A stretch of DNA of 64,000 nucleotides from Octopus sinensis (GCF_006345805.1 NC_042998.1:95542001-95606000), one strand, 5' to 3'; counted from the stretch's first letter, positions 1 through 12,940 are shown. Program-made: numbers and translations. Notes: a model not told the origin generated them from the sequence alone.

Positions 1-193
1 GCAGGCCCCTGAACAGGTATCACCATGACAACTTATTCTGTCATGGTCAATGCGACGATCACACGCTACACAGCTTCCTTCCTGGCACTGCTGTAAACAA
101 TCGAAGTGAGTTAGAACGTTAAAACTTAGTGCGCATGCACAGCAAGGGCAATCTTTGCCGAGCTGTTTTACATACACTGCGTGCTTTAGCGTC

Positions 194-207
194 GTTACTA
201 TGGCAAC
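194..207. promoter_or_regulatory. RFX X-box-like motif (GTTACTATGGCAAC)
   Basis: Close match to the X-box consensus GTTRCCATGGYAAC. It lies in a unique, CpG-containing stretch with an NRF1-like TGCGCATGCAC at ~130-140. No linked gene is visible. Confidence 0.3.
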
Positions 208-996
208 AGCCCGGATACTTATTGATCAGACCTCATATATATGTCAACCAAATTTGTTAGGTTGGTATATGTGTAGAGATGTGTACTTAAAACGCGATAA
301 ATAGTCTTAATTTAGTTATCTTTGGTCAGATTTGGTTCCGTTTTAGTTTATTTACTTATTTCTTATTTATTTTATATAAAGTTTATCTTGCGAGGAAAAT
401 AGCAACCTGCAAAAAGATAAGTCCCGAAAGTTTTCAGAGCCAATATCTGTTTATCATGCCACAAAATCAAATGCCAGCTGAATGATGATGAAACACTACA
501 AAATATTTTTTCTTCAGGCTTTAGACTGACCTAACATTTTTTCGGTCGAGAATTGGTAATTCTACCAATATTAACTCTATAGGTGATATAATGGTAACAA
601 GACATAGAGCAATGATTTTAGGGCTTTGTGGAAGGCATTCACAACGTATACATTCTGAGTTCAACAGAGGTCAATTCTACTTAGTCACTGAACTAAGTAT
701 TTGTCATGTTCTCGGATCATCGTCTATTATATTCCTTATTGTGATGAACTATGCCTTCGTGCTTTGCCCTAAATTTGGGTTCCCCTGTTACGAATTTAGA
801 AAGGCATGAGTATGTCGTTAAGAAGCTCGCTTTGCAACCATATAATTCTAGGTTCGATCCCATTGCATGGAACCATGGCCAATTGTGTTCTACTATAGCC
901 CTGGACTGACTAATCGAACAATGCTCTCTGAGTGAATATTGATAGTCGGAGACTGTGTGGAAGTTCGTCATATATATGGATTTGTGTGTGTGTGTG

Positions 997-1610
997 GTAT
1001 TCCGAGCTGTCGTCCTTTCCACACTCCTCTACGGTTGTGAGATATATGTGTTGTATCAACGTGACTCGAAGAAAATCAAACGTTTCCAACGGCTCAAACT
1101 TCGCACAGTCATGAGTATTCGATGGAAGGACTATATTACCAATCAAAAGGTTCTTCTCCGGACCAGACTGCCCGGTAGTGAAGCTACCATGGCATGACAC
1201 CACCTCTGCTGGTCGGGACACATCATACATATACCTCAGTGCGTCTCCCGCGTCAGTTCCTCTTTGCAGAGTTGACCTCAGGCACCAGACCACGTGGAGC
1301 CCCCAAATTTCGTTTCCGCGATCAGCTCCATTGATCCAAATACTTGGGAGACAATCACCAAGGATCGCCCAAAGTGGCGGCATTTCATCGTCAAGAGAAC
1401 GGACCCGATGGAAAATAACAGACGTCAAGAAGCAGAGTTCAGACATCGAGGACACGAAGAGCAACTTGCATTTCCTTGTTTCCCGCCAACCATCTGTAAT
1501 AAATTCCCCTGGCTCTTCTATATCACCCTTGGCCTGAGCAACCAATCAAGCACCGGCACCCTCCGCATCCATCTGGATGAAGAGACTCAATCACTCGCTA
1601 CAGATTAACG
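997..1610 (+). mobile_element. RTE-clade LINE 3' relic
   Basis: Broken frames give RAVVLSTLLYGCE...IRWKDYITNQKVL and IDPNTWETITKDRPKWR...FPC, typical of the RTE/BovB ORF C-terminus. Confidence 0.75.
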
Positions 1611-1927
1611 ACTCTATGTATAGAGTGTTTGAAATGATGTACAGATATTGTATATTAAGAAAAAGGAGGCAGTCAGATTTTGTATAATTCTTTATATAAC
1701 GTTCCATGCTGGAGCACCACCTTAAAGGCGTTTAGACGAAGAAATTGATCCCAGGACTTATTCTTTATAAGCCTAGTACTTATTCTATCGGTCATTTTTG
1801 CCGAACCGCTAGGTTACATTCTCTTTCAATTCCAAGACATGCTTTGCAAGACTAGTCGCTTACTCTGGTGTATTTATATATAAAAATTATTACAGACACG
1901 TACAGTGCCGAATCTAATCTGAGGAAT

Positions 1928-2326
1928 TGCTACTGAAAAGATGAGACTTGCTGTCCGTTGGAAGGAAAATGTCTTGGAAAAGGTATTGTTTATAGAGCCA
2001 AAGTGCAAATAGATGGCTCGCAGGAATATAAAACATACACAGGGTCTTCAGAAAATTCATTCAAGACTCGATTCTTTTTCCACTGAAATTCTTTCCGATA
2101 CTCCGAGCAAAGGACAGCGACTAGTCTTGCAAAACATGCCTGGGAATTGAAAGAGAATGACACTAATCTTTTCAATGTAACCTGGGAAATTCTAGAAAAA
2201 GTATCAGCATGAAATGTAATCTTTGCCTCTCAGAAAAGTTCTTCATCTTGTTCCAGGATAAAAACGCTTTGAACCAGAAACGCGAGCTCTTACATTCCTG
2301 CAGGCGCGCCACAAAATTTAAAATGT
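1928..2326 (+). mobile_element. Penelope-like element, GIY-YIG endonuclease relic
   Basis: Manual translation CPLEGKCLGKGIVYRAKV...YTGSSENSFKTRF...SLAKHAWELKEN...KCNLCLSEKFFIL...LNQKRELLHSCRRATKF, with stops and one frameshift. Confidence 0.8.
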
Positions 2327-3589
2327 CATCGACAAAATACCGTATGGGTAAAATGTTTTGACTTTCGAAATATATTTTTTGACTGTCACATTTGAATTCG
2401 ACTTTACACGGTATAGTTATTTTGCATCGCAACGCTAATGTATATTTCAACTTCATTTTTAGGAAACTTTTCGGCTGTTTTATAAATTTAATTTTGAGCT
2501 TAAGCTTTGCCGAGGTTTATTTTCTATTATTTTATCTTTAATTATGTTATTTTACATTTTATATTTTAATATTATACACACGTGGCAGTTTTAAAAAAAT
2601 TGTTTGCATGTATACGTTATGACGTAGATATATCTATATATTTATATGTATGTATTGTATGTATGTATATGCATGTATGTGTGTTTACGTATGCATATGC
2701 GTTTGTGTGTGTGTGTGTAAATATATATGTATATATACATATGTGTGTGCATACATATATAGATGTGTATGTATATGTGCATATACTTTTATATATGTGA
2801 GCATGTATTTGTTTACATATTTTTGTATATTTGTATACGTTTCCGTATGTGTGTATATTTGTATGCATATTTACACTTATGTAGTTATACATGTAATTTT
2901 ATGTGTGCGTTTTTATGTGTTCGTTGCGCAAACTATATGATGTATCTAAACGCTGTTGGTTACTTGCGAGCGGCATAGCTTGGCGTACATAAATTGTTAG
3001 TAGTAATCCACAAATAGCGATAGATGATGTTGCAAGAGAAGAGAATTAGAGCTAGTGAAAGTTGTAGGGTTTTGGGACGTTGTCTCACAGTTGCTGACAG
3101 TAAATTTCATTTCTCTCGCTGACCATTGTCTTTAGTAGCTGCATTCCTTGTGATCATGATTCTAGCAGTCCGTTCCCAAACTAATCGAGTCGTCACGAGC
3201 TGCCTCGCTCAGTTGTCGCCAAGTGACTACTTGGTTGAGTCGCCACCATGTAACTGAACTCGTTGAGTCGTCACCGACTGATTTTTGCTTGGGGGTTTTC
3301 TTGCCTTTATAACTATCCAGAAGGATAGATATATCATTGAGAACAATAGATTTAGTTGGTGGTCTTGTTATCTCTATTCTAGCTTTTGGTGGATTAGAAG
3401 GGGTTAGAAAGAGTCAAGTGGTGAAGGCATTATTTCGGCCTAGCTAAAGGCATCTGGAAAATATAAGACTGCTATCAGAGAAAAACCATTGTTCCACCGT
3501 AGGAAAAGTTCTGCTGCAGTGTTAATTTAAATTTGGCTATCGTAGATCGAATCCAATTCATGAATGCAAGATCCACTACACACACACAA

Positions 3590-3631
<42 letters not shown>

Positions 3632-3632
<1 letters not shown>

Positions 3633-3818
3633 CTATTGTGTCTCTTTTGTTGCCTTATAATTTAACACATATATATACTGTTGTGCCTCTTTTGGTGCCT
3701 TATAATTTAACACATCGGTAAAATTTCCACCTATTTCTTTTTTTTTTTAATTTTATAGTTTTTATTTTTTAGCAGTCATATCAAATCCTCATCAGAGGTT
3801 CACACGCAATTTCGCACC

Positions 3819-3825
<7 letters not shown>
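3632..3825. repeat. Interspersed repeat, same family as 4048-4230 (possibly Penelope LTR-derived)
   Basis: Shares ctcttttrgtgccttataatttaacaca...cggtaaaatttccacctatttctt with the reverse complement of 4085-4165. A related tract lies near 6240-6280. Confidence 0.5.
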
Positions 3826-3865
<40 letters not shown>

Positions 3866-3964
3866 GGTTGTGTGTTGTGTGTGTCTGTGTGTGGTGTCTG
3901 TGTGTCTGTGTGTGTGTATATGTGCATATATTATATATATATATAATATATATATATGTATATA

Positions 3965-4047
<83 letters not shown>

Positions 4048-4048
<1 letters not shown>

Positions 4049-4230
4049 CTGTTGTGTCTGGGGAGAGTCATTCTCTTTTAGTGCAAGAAATAAGTGGAAA
4101 TTTTACCGGTGAGTGTGTTGAATAATAAGGCACTAAAAGAGAATGACTCTCCCCAGACACAGCAGAATATACTTCAACGCACGAACTCATATAAAGAATC
4201 TTGCAAACCAAATCCCAAAACGAAATATAT
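4048..4230. repeat. Repeat copy with internal inverted duplication (perfect 32-bp arms 4053-4084 / 4130-4161)
   Basis: tgtgtctggggagagtcattctcttttagtgc and its exact reverse complement, 45 bp apart. Confidence 0.8.
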
Positions 4231-4243
4231 ATATATATATATG

Positions 4244-4276
<33 letters not shown>

Positions 4277-4326
4277 GTATAGCAATAATAAATCTCTGAA
4301 CGAGATGTAAACAGTAACCGCTCGAC

Positions 4327-4606
4327 AATGTAAAGTATAATAGCCATCTCAATATGGCGAACCACTATCCTTTTCATCGTAAACCGGTGATTACCGTGCG
4401 TTGACAAGAGGCAAATACCTCGAAACTGCGGTCCGTGCGTATCACTTAGGCTTACGAAAGAGGGATGACTTCCCTTTGCAAATACCATAAGAGCACAGAT
4501 AGTGTGCCTAAAGCCAGCTGGAGACGATGATCCCTTGGGACTAAAAGCTACAGTAACACCCACCCTTAGTGGTTAGCCATATTGAGATGGCTATTATACT
4601 TTACGT

Positions 4607-4607
<1 letters not shown>
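4327..4607. mobile_element. MITE-like element with 40-bp TIRs
   Basis: 4327-4366 and 4568-4607 are inverted with 2 mismatches, next to (TA)n. Confidence 0.65.
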
Positions 4608-4640
<33 letters not shown>

Positions 4641-4642
4641 GC

Positions 4643-4795
4643 GACTAGCTTCTTCCGGTTTCTGTCTACCAAATCTACTCACAAGGCTTTGGTTGAAGAC
4701 ACTTGCCCAAGGTCCCACTCAGTGGGACTGAACCTGGAACCATCTGATTGTGAAGCAAGCTTCTTACCACACAGCCACGCCTATACATATATATA
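4643..4795 (-). mobile_element. SINE family A, 5' half (tRNA-like head plus CORE-like segment)
   Basis: Reverse complement of tggctgtgtggtaag...ggttcagtcccactg...accttgggcaagtgtctt. Confidence 0.75.
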
Positions 4796-4799
4796 AGGG

Positions 4800-5142
4800 G
4801 TAAAGGGTAAAGACCCCCTTCGGTCATGAATGACCATGGGATTGCACCTAAAAAGTTACCCTCCTAGTCACAAGTCTGGGCAAGGTGGTTTATGGAAGAC
4901 CAGCAGTCGCCCATGCATACCAGCCTCCCCTCTCCACGCCACCAGTGTTATCCAAGGGAAAGACAAAGGTCGATACAGCTTGGCACCAGTGACGTCGCAA
5001 CTCATTTCTACAGCTGAGTGAACTGGAGCAACGTGAAATAAAGTGCCTTGCTCAAGAACACAACACGCAGCCCGGTCCGGGATTCGAGCTCACAACCTCA
5101 CGATCGTAAGCTCGACGCTCTAACCACTGAGCCATGCGCCTT
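4800..5142 (-). mobile_element. SINE family C, near full length
   Basis: On the minus strand: A/B-box head (tggctcagtggttagagcg...gagctcgaatccc), a body shared with 43210-43522 and 46538-46700, and a short (TTTACCC) tail. Confidence 0.75.
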
Positions 5143-5144
5143 CA

Positions 5145-5180
<36 letters not shown>

Positions 5181-5473
5181 ATATATATACATAAATACTA
5201 CATACATACATACATACATACATACATACATACATACATACATACACAACGAACTTCCACACAGTTTCCAATATATACATGTGATATACATGTGTGTTTG
5301 TGTTCGTCCCACCTCCACCGCTTGACAACTGGTGTTCAGCAAAAGAGATCGAAAGCATAAGAATTGATGTGTTCGACTAAAACCTTTCAAAGTGGTGCTC
5401 CAGCATAGCCGCAGTCCATTGACTGAAAAAGTAAAAGATAAGATTCTTGATATCAATCATATCAGATGTAAAG

Positions 5474-5705
5474 TGGAGGCGCGTGGCTTAGTGGTTAGGG
5501 TCTTGGATTCATGATCCTATGATTGTGGTTTCGATTCCTGGACTGGGTAATGCGTTGTTTTCTTGAGCAAAACACTTAATTTCACGTTGCTTCCGTCCAC
5601 TCAGCTTGTAAAGATGAGTAACCCTGCGACGGACCGGCATCCAGATGAGGTGGGGAATTTATACGCTGCAAACCGGCCCTAATAAGTGAGCATGATTCGA
5701 GAAGG
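5474..5705 (+). mobile_element. SINE family C-related copy
   Basis: tRNA-like head gcgtggcttagtggttaggg...ggtttcgattcc, then ttgagcaaaacacttaatttcacgttgc. Confidence 0.65.
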
Positions 5706-6280
5706 TAATTATATCAGATCTCAAAAGAAATACGTGACAGAATCCACGAAATGCATTGTGGTGTTTATCCAGTAACTTTTACTTTCCCTTCTCTCATTTG
5801 CTTATGTAGACTTTCACCCTTGCAAGGCAAATAATACACGTAAATAGCTAAGGAGTGGATTCGCATAAAAGAAGTCCACTCAATCCCAAAGAAATTTGTG
5901 AGCTTGTCCTTGTGGTTGAAATCATTATTATTCTTGCTCTCACAGTCAGAACTCGTCCGGTGGCCTAATCGTCTCTTTTTTCCTTTTTTTTTTTTTACTC
6001 AAGAGAAAGGAAGTTTTGGGATGGAAGTGAAAATTGAAAATAGGATGTATGCGACATGAGTGAATAATATCTCAACTAAAAGGACTTCAGAAAATATTTA
6101 CTATAGAGAATAATGTAAACGGCATGGCGTAGAAATAAAGAGACAGCTATAATTAACGAAATGGGCGTATATATATATAAGTTTAAAAAACACATTATAA
6201 AAGCACAAACAAGTGGGAAATAGACACAAAAGGTCGTCAAATACACACAGAGGGTCACACACAATGTCGCACCTTCATAC

Positions 6281-6327
<47 letters not shown>

Positions 6328-6416
6328 TGCTTGTTTCTCCTTTTCCGAGATTTAATAGTGCTTACACACACAACAAACACACACCACACACCACACACAC
6401 ACACACACACCCACAC

Positions 6417-6468
<52 letters not shown>

Positions 6469-6565
6469 TCATATATATATTAATTTATATATATATATAT
6501 ATATATATATTTATTAATATATTATATATATATATATATTTACATATATATATATATATATATCT

Positions 6566-6619
<54 letters not shown>

Positions 6620-6734
6620 ATTACTATTATTATTATTATAATTATTTAGGGATATTACTCGAGTACACAGAAAAAAGATATTCAAATTACATGTACTAAA
6701 ATGAACATCTCTCAATGTTTCATTCGTATATATA

Positions 6735-7105
6735 TAAAAGTATTTTTAGAGATAGAACCACCTTTAACTCAATCAACACAGAGATTTTATACCCGACCAT
6801 TCCATAAAATGTTAAATATTAAATCTTATACTAACTATATCTATTCTGAATCCCGTATTTTCCGTTTATAAGACTACGCGTGTTTCATGAAAGTACGTCG
6901 GTATTGTTTCATGAACTAGATACCTCGCATCTAATCAATACCGACGTACTTTCATGAAACATGCGTTGTCATATAAACGGGAAAATACGGGATTTAGAAT
7001 AGATGTAGTTAATATAAGATTTAATATTTAACATTTTATGGAGTGGTCGGGTGTAAAATCTCTCAGTGTTGATTGAGTGAAAGGTGGTTCTATCTCTAAA
7101 AATAC

Positions 7106-7110
<5 letters not shown>
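6735..7110. repeat. Fold-back element, ~172-bp arms and 29-bp loop
   Basis: 6735-6906 and 6936-7110 are reverse complements with scattered mismatches, flanked by (TA)n and (CA)n. Confidence 0.85.
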
Positions 7111-7199
<89 letters not shown>

Positions 7200-7402
7200 G
7201 TACAAAATTCAGGTTATATATATATATATATCTTATATATATATATATAGATTATCAAGATTAATCAGCTGAAATTGCGAGGATGATCCTGTTCTTGACT
7301 AAGGATAGAAAGCTTCGAATGACCCGTCCTTGTTTTTTTGTATCGTCTATCTGGAGTTTTTGTATCATCTAGTTGTCCGGATGTTTTGCGTTCTTTCCAT
7401 TT

Positions 7403-7440
<38 letters not shown>

Positions 7441-7504
7441 GAATGAGAAAGGTACGGAAATCAAGAGAGCGAGAGCGAGAGAGAGAAGAGAGAGAGAGAG
7501 AGAG

Positions 7505-7550
<46 letters not shown>

Positions 7551-7563
7551 AAAAGGGCGACAG

Positions 7564-8302
7564 TATGAGATTTGGAAGATATGTATGAGCGGAAAGAGAG
7601 AAAGAGAGAGGGAGAGATAGGGGAAGATTGGAAACATGACAGTAAAAGTAAGAGAAAATGGGAAAGTGTGAAAGTGAAAGAAAAAAAAAACAGAAGGAAA
7701 ACATGATATATGTGAAAATTCGAAGACCATGTGAAATACTGCTGATAGCGTGTGTATGTGTTTGTGAGTGATAGTGTTTTCGTGTGAGTTTAGACGTGGA
7801 AATCTGTGCGTAAATTTGAGTTCATTTGAAAAGACAGGAAATGTAAGGCCAATCGATGTGTTTCTCTAATGTCAGACTGTTTCACTTTGCTTCCTGTTTT
7901 ATTCAAAAGGGGAATGAGTCTGTCGGGAAACTTGCAAAATATCAACACCCAAAATACAGCATATAAATTGATGTCAATTATTTTTAGCCGTCTTCAACAG
8001 ATATTTCTCTCCAAACTACAGGGCATCATAAAAACAAATCGGCGATTAAACATAATTTATATTGGATAAAAAGAACGCGTCAGGTTTATTGGAGACACGG
8101 TTCTGTGATCAGTAGAAAGCACGTTACTTTGAGGCACAGAACTAATTTTCGTAGTCTTTTAGAGCCTTCTTTAACTGAATGTCAGAAATAAGAAGGGTTA
8201 AATTTGTGCATCCAATGTTCAATATGAGATTTGGAAGATGCGTATGAACGGTAAGAGAGAAAGAGAGAGGGAGAGATAGGGGAAGATTGGGAACATGACA
8301 GT
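7564..8302 (+). repeat. 80-bp direct repeat pair (7564-7643, 8223-8302)
   Basis: tatgagatttggaagat...gagagatagggaagattgg.aacatgacagt occurs twice, 659 bp apart. Confidence 0.75.
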
Positions 8303-8549
8303 TAGCTTTTACTTTTTTTTTCTGTAATTAGACTGTGGTCATGCCTTGAAGGATCTTAATCGAATGAATCGACGCCAATGCCATTTTTCATTAAAGTCTG
8401 GTACTTATTCTATTGATCTCTTTTAAGTTAAGGAACGTAAACACACCAGCATCGGTTATCAAGCGATGATGGGGACAAACACAAAGAAACACACACACAC
8501 ACACATATGCATGCACGCACACACACACATACGCACGCACGCACACACA

Positions 8550-8582
<33 letters not shown>

Positions 8583-8912
8583 TATCTCGGTATGTATATA
8601 TATATATTCACTTATATATTGTTGGTATATCTCTACTGAAGAGTGTAAAGTAATCTTTATTACAGAGCACGAAATCTTAAGATATTGGATCTTCTTGCTC
8701 ATTACCTCGCATTCGACCTTGGGTTATAAAGAGAAAACAAAATTAGAGCGGATTGTAGGTATTTGACATCTACTTCTAGCATATTGGCACTGGCATTCCA
8801 GCGCCCTTAATTATAATTATATTTTTGTAATTGCATACTCAAAAATTAATTTTACCGATATGGTCGTTTTTATACGCTAGCCACATTTTAATGATTATAT
8901 TTCCAACTTATA

Positions 8913-9004
<92 letters not shown>

Positions 9005-9258
9005 TATATATATAAAAGTACAAAGTGAGATAGGGGTATGAGTGTAACCCACTATGGGATATCATTTATCCAATATACTGCCAGTGAAGTATTTGTATTA
9101 TTTTTATGGTATTATCTTACTTATTGATGTATATTGTTTTATTCTGTTTTACTCTGTTGGATTTGGATGTTCCTATTTAATTAGTTAATAAATTATATGA
9201 ATTGGTATTATCTGTAAGTTGATGATTGTAAGGAATCTATTCCTCCATTTTCTTATTT

Positions 9259-9299
<41 letters not shown>

Positions 9300-10011
9300 T
9301 GGGCTTCTTTTAGTTTCCAATCTACCAAATCCACTCACAAGACTTTGGTTGGCCCGCGGCTATAGTAGAAGGCACTAGCCCAAGGCTCCACACAGTGGGA
9401 TTGGACCCGGAATCATGTACTTGGGAAGCAAACTTCTTACCCACTTTCCTACGAATGCTTTTAGTTCATATTCTGTCTTTAGCACTACATATTGTTCATA
9501 AAGGACACACACTGCTCATGGCTTCTCATTACGTCGACACTTTATCTGAATCATATTTAATGTATATACACTGTCAATAGGCCAGTTACTGAATGAATAT
9601 ATCGTACGTGACTAATACAGAACCTACTTCTCTAAGACGTGAAATAGTTTTAAGCTATCTTACCACTTCCTCTGACGAGAAAATACATAGAAATACTAGA
9701 ATAAAGAAGGAAAGTTAGACGGTCTTGGCATTTGTCTCCATGACAAAATTAAACACAGATAAGAAAATCGCAAGGAATTCTTATATTTGGCAAATTTAAA
9801 TATTTCTGATCTCTCTCTTGTAATGACGTCTTGTAATGACCTCATGTGCAAATTATTTTCCAGTCTTATCAAGCTGCGTAACCTCAATATCATTAGAGAT
9901 AAGCCTATAGAAGTATATGGTTACGACATGCAGTTATTGACAATAAAAGCTTACCTTTGTTAATACCCACTTCTTGTGTGTGTGTGTGCGAATACAATAT
10001 TGTATGCAAGT

Positions 10012-10190
10012 ATAAGGTAGGGAGTTGACAGAATCGCTAGCGCGTCGGACAAACTACTTAGTGACATTTTTTTTTGGTTCTTTACGTTCTGAATTCAAAT
10101 TCCATTTGACTTAGCCTTTCATCCTTTCGTTGTCAAAGTACCAATTGAGCACTGGGGTTGATGGTAATCGACTATCTTCTTCTCCCAAAA
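10012..10190 (+). mobile_element. SINE family B (tRNA-derived), degenerate
   Basis: ...gttctgaattcaaattcc...gcctttcatcctttcg...actggggttgatggtaatcgac. Confidence 0.65.
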
Positions 10191-10570
10191 TAGCTTGCTT
10201 ACCAACCACATCGTTCTAGGTTCAGTCCCACTGCGTGGCACCTTGGGCAAGTGTCTTCTACTATAGCCTCGGGCCGACCAAAGCCTTGTGAGTGGATTTG
10301 GTAGACGGAAACTGAAACGAAGCCCATCGTACATATGTATATATGTGTGTGTGCGTGTGTTTGTGTGTCTGTGTTTGTCCCTCCAACATCGTTTGACAAC
10401 CGATGCTGGTGTGTTTACGTCCCCGTAACTTAGCGGTTCGGCAAAAGAGACCAATATAATAAGTACTAGGCTTACAAAGAATAAGTCCTAAGGTCGATTT
10501 GCTCGACTAAAGGCGGTGCACCAGAATGACCACAGTCAAATGGCTGAAACAAGTAAAAGAGTAAAAGAGG
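10190..10570 (+). mobile_element. SINE family A, near full length
   Basis: CORE-like segment, internal (AT)/(GT) tract, conserved 3' domain and (GTAAAAGA) tail. Confidence 0.8.
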
Positions 10571-11566
10571 TTTTGCACTAAAACTTTAAACCAATATTAT
10601 AAACAAGTGTCATTTGTGTTGCATATACATATTCTAGTCAGTAATTTAACTGCTTCTTTTTCGTAGATCCGTTTATAGTTGAACTATCTTTAAACAACTT
10701 ATAATGAAACCTCAAAATCTAACATAAGAAGACTGATTTAAAAAAAAAAACAAAAACAAAAATCTAGCTACAATAATAGCAAAATGCTCGTCACATTAGA
10801 TTTATTATCTTTTAGTTTTTGTTTCAGTCATTGGACTGCTGCCATGCTGGGGCACCCCCTTGAAGTGTTTAGTCGAGCAAATCATCCCCATTACTTATTT
10901 ATTTTTCTATGTCTGCTCCTTAGTCTATCGGTTTCTCTTTCCGAACAGCTATATCACAGTAACGTAAACAAACCAACACCGGTTGTCAAGCGGTGTTAGA
11001 AACCTATGCAAAATTCACTGAAGCCACCAGTTATCTGTTTAGGCACAGGAGGACATATTGGATAATGTAGTCATAGATATGCAAAAAGACGGGGTGCTCA
11101 TGATAGTCATTACCTTTGACCTTGCCTGCCTGATCAAGGCTGACAACAACAGCAACAACAATAACATCTACTACAACAAGAATAACAAAAGCGAAATCAA
11201 CCTCGGCAATTTAAGAATTGTCGCTCAGTAATTTCGTCCAATCTGACGTGCTACCGATACCCCCAGCTCGCCATTTATATTCTAACATTAAAGAAACTTA
11301 ATTTTTAATCTTACGAAATCTTTCTGGAGCTAAAGGTCTAGATGGTGATTAACCAACGTTATGTTTCATAAACGAATCTACGGTAATGGTAGTGCTGTAG
11401 ATTCGTTTGAGCTAAATAAACTGAGAATTGCAATGTTCATTCGTGATGCTTGATACTAAATAACATAATTTTAAATACTTAACCGTTGATGGAGAGAACA
11501 CGACTCTAACGTCGAACTAAACCGTACAGCTGTGTCTTGTTGAACGTTAATATATGTGTATGCGAC

Positions 11567-11770
11567 GGCGGTGAGCTGGCAGAATCATTACCGCGCCGGA
11601 CGAAATGCTCATCGGCATTTCGTCAGTCTGCATGTTTTGAGTTCAAATTTTGCAGAGGTCGATTTTTGCCTTTCATCCTTTTAGGATCGATAAAGTAAGT
11701 AACAGTTGAGCACTGGAGTCGAGGTAATCGACTTACCCCTCCACCCAAAATTGCTGCCCTTGTTCTAAAT
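11567..11770 (+). mobile_element. SINE family B
   Basis: ggcggtgagctggcagaa...gagttcaaatt...gcctttcatcctttt...gtcgaggtaatcgac. Confidence 0.75.
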
Positions 11771-11804
11771 TTGAGATCAATGTATGTATATGCGTTATTG
11801 TATG

Positions 11805-12160
11805 CAAGTGTAAAGGCGCATGGCTTAATGACAAGGGCAATCGACTCGCGATCGAAAGGTCGTGAGTTCAATTCCCGGCAGCGCGTTCTTTCCTTGAGCA
11901 AGACATTTTATTTTTTTGTTGCCCCAGTTCACTCAGCTGACAGATGTGAGATCTACCTGTAGTTCAGAGGACCAGCCTCGCAACACTTTGTGTTACGCTG
12001 AATCTCCCTGAGAACTACGTTAAGGGTACGCGTGTCTGTGGAGTGCTCAGCCACTTGCGCATTAATTTTACGAGCTGGCTGTTCCGTTGAAACAATCATT
12101 GGAACAATCATTGTCATAACCGACGGAGAGTCAGGCCATGTATGTGAGTATCTATCCAAC
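11805..12160 (+). mobile_element. SINE family C-related copy with a different 3' part
   Basis: Head gcatggcttaatga...gagttcaattccc, then ccttgagcaagaca...ccagttcactcagctg. Confidence 0.6.
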
Positions 12161-12559
12161 CACCAATCCAACACACGCACGCATGCACTCACACACACAT
12201 ACGCAGTTTAAATGCGTAATGGCAGTAACATTTCATTTTCAATTGAAGCAGTTTCTTTATTACATTTAAATTCGACAACCCCGCCACCAAAAAAAAAAAA
12301 AACAAAAAAAAAACAAAGCACCAATTTCCAAGTTTTAAAATATCAACTATAATTCACAATTATTCACAACCTTTCTAAACACACTGATATTTCATAACAA
12401 CAAAGGCATGAAATACTCCTAATTTTACTAAGTCCAACCCACGAATATTGACATTATACATTACATTAATTACAATTTTGAGAAACTTCAAGATTTTCGA
12501 CTACAGTTATTAAATTATAAGCCATTTCCCAAATAATGTTAAATAATACCATTGGCGCA

Positions 12560-12940
12560 GGCAATACTTTGCAACCATGTATTTTGGAGTTCAGTATCAC
12601 TGCGCGGCACCTTAATCAAATGTTTTCTACTAAATCCACCGAGCAACCAATATCTTGAGAGTGAATTTGGTTGACGGAAACTGTATGGAAGCCGTTTGTG
12701 TGTGTCTTTGTGTATGTGTGTTTGTGTGTGTGTGTGTGCGCGCGCGCGCGTGTGTGTTTCTCTGACCGCTTGAAAACCGGTGTTGGCGTAACCAAGCAGT
12801 TCGGCAAAAGGAGTCGTCAGAATATGTAGCAGTCTTAAAAAAAATAGTACAAAGGTTGATCTGTTCTATTAAACCACTTCAAGGTGGTGCCCCAGCATGG
12901 CCGTTGTCTAATGGCTGAAACAAGTAAAAGAATGAAAGAT
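12560..12940 (+). mobile_element. SINE family A, degenerate
   Basis: Same layout as 10190-10570. Its internal segment is the donor of the insertion at 13587. Confidence 0.7.

Noticed and set aside
3180-3285. Short repeated GAGTCG(T/C)CAC motifs
   Set aside because: Only 3-4 imperfect copies with irregular spacing and no termini. Possibly decayed subterminal repeats but unsupported.
4797-4815. (GGGTAAA) repeats as interstitial telomere
   Set aside because: Only about two units, not TTAGGG, and they form the tail of a family C SINE.
9620-9700. Weak hammerhead-like strings (also ~11488-11515, ~17990-18065, ~45375-45420 minus, ~60050-60100)
   Set aside because: Each lacks part of the core or cannot form stems I/II. 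At most decayed relics, not supportable individually.
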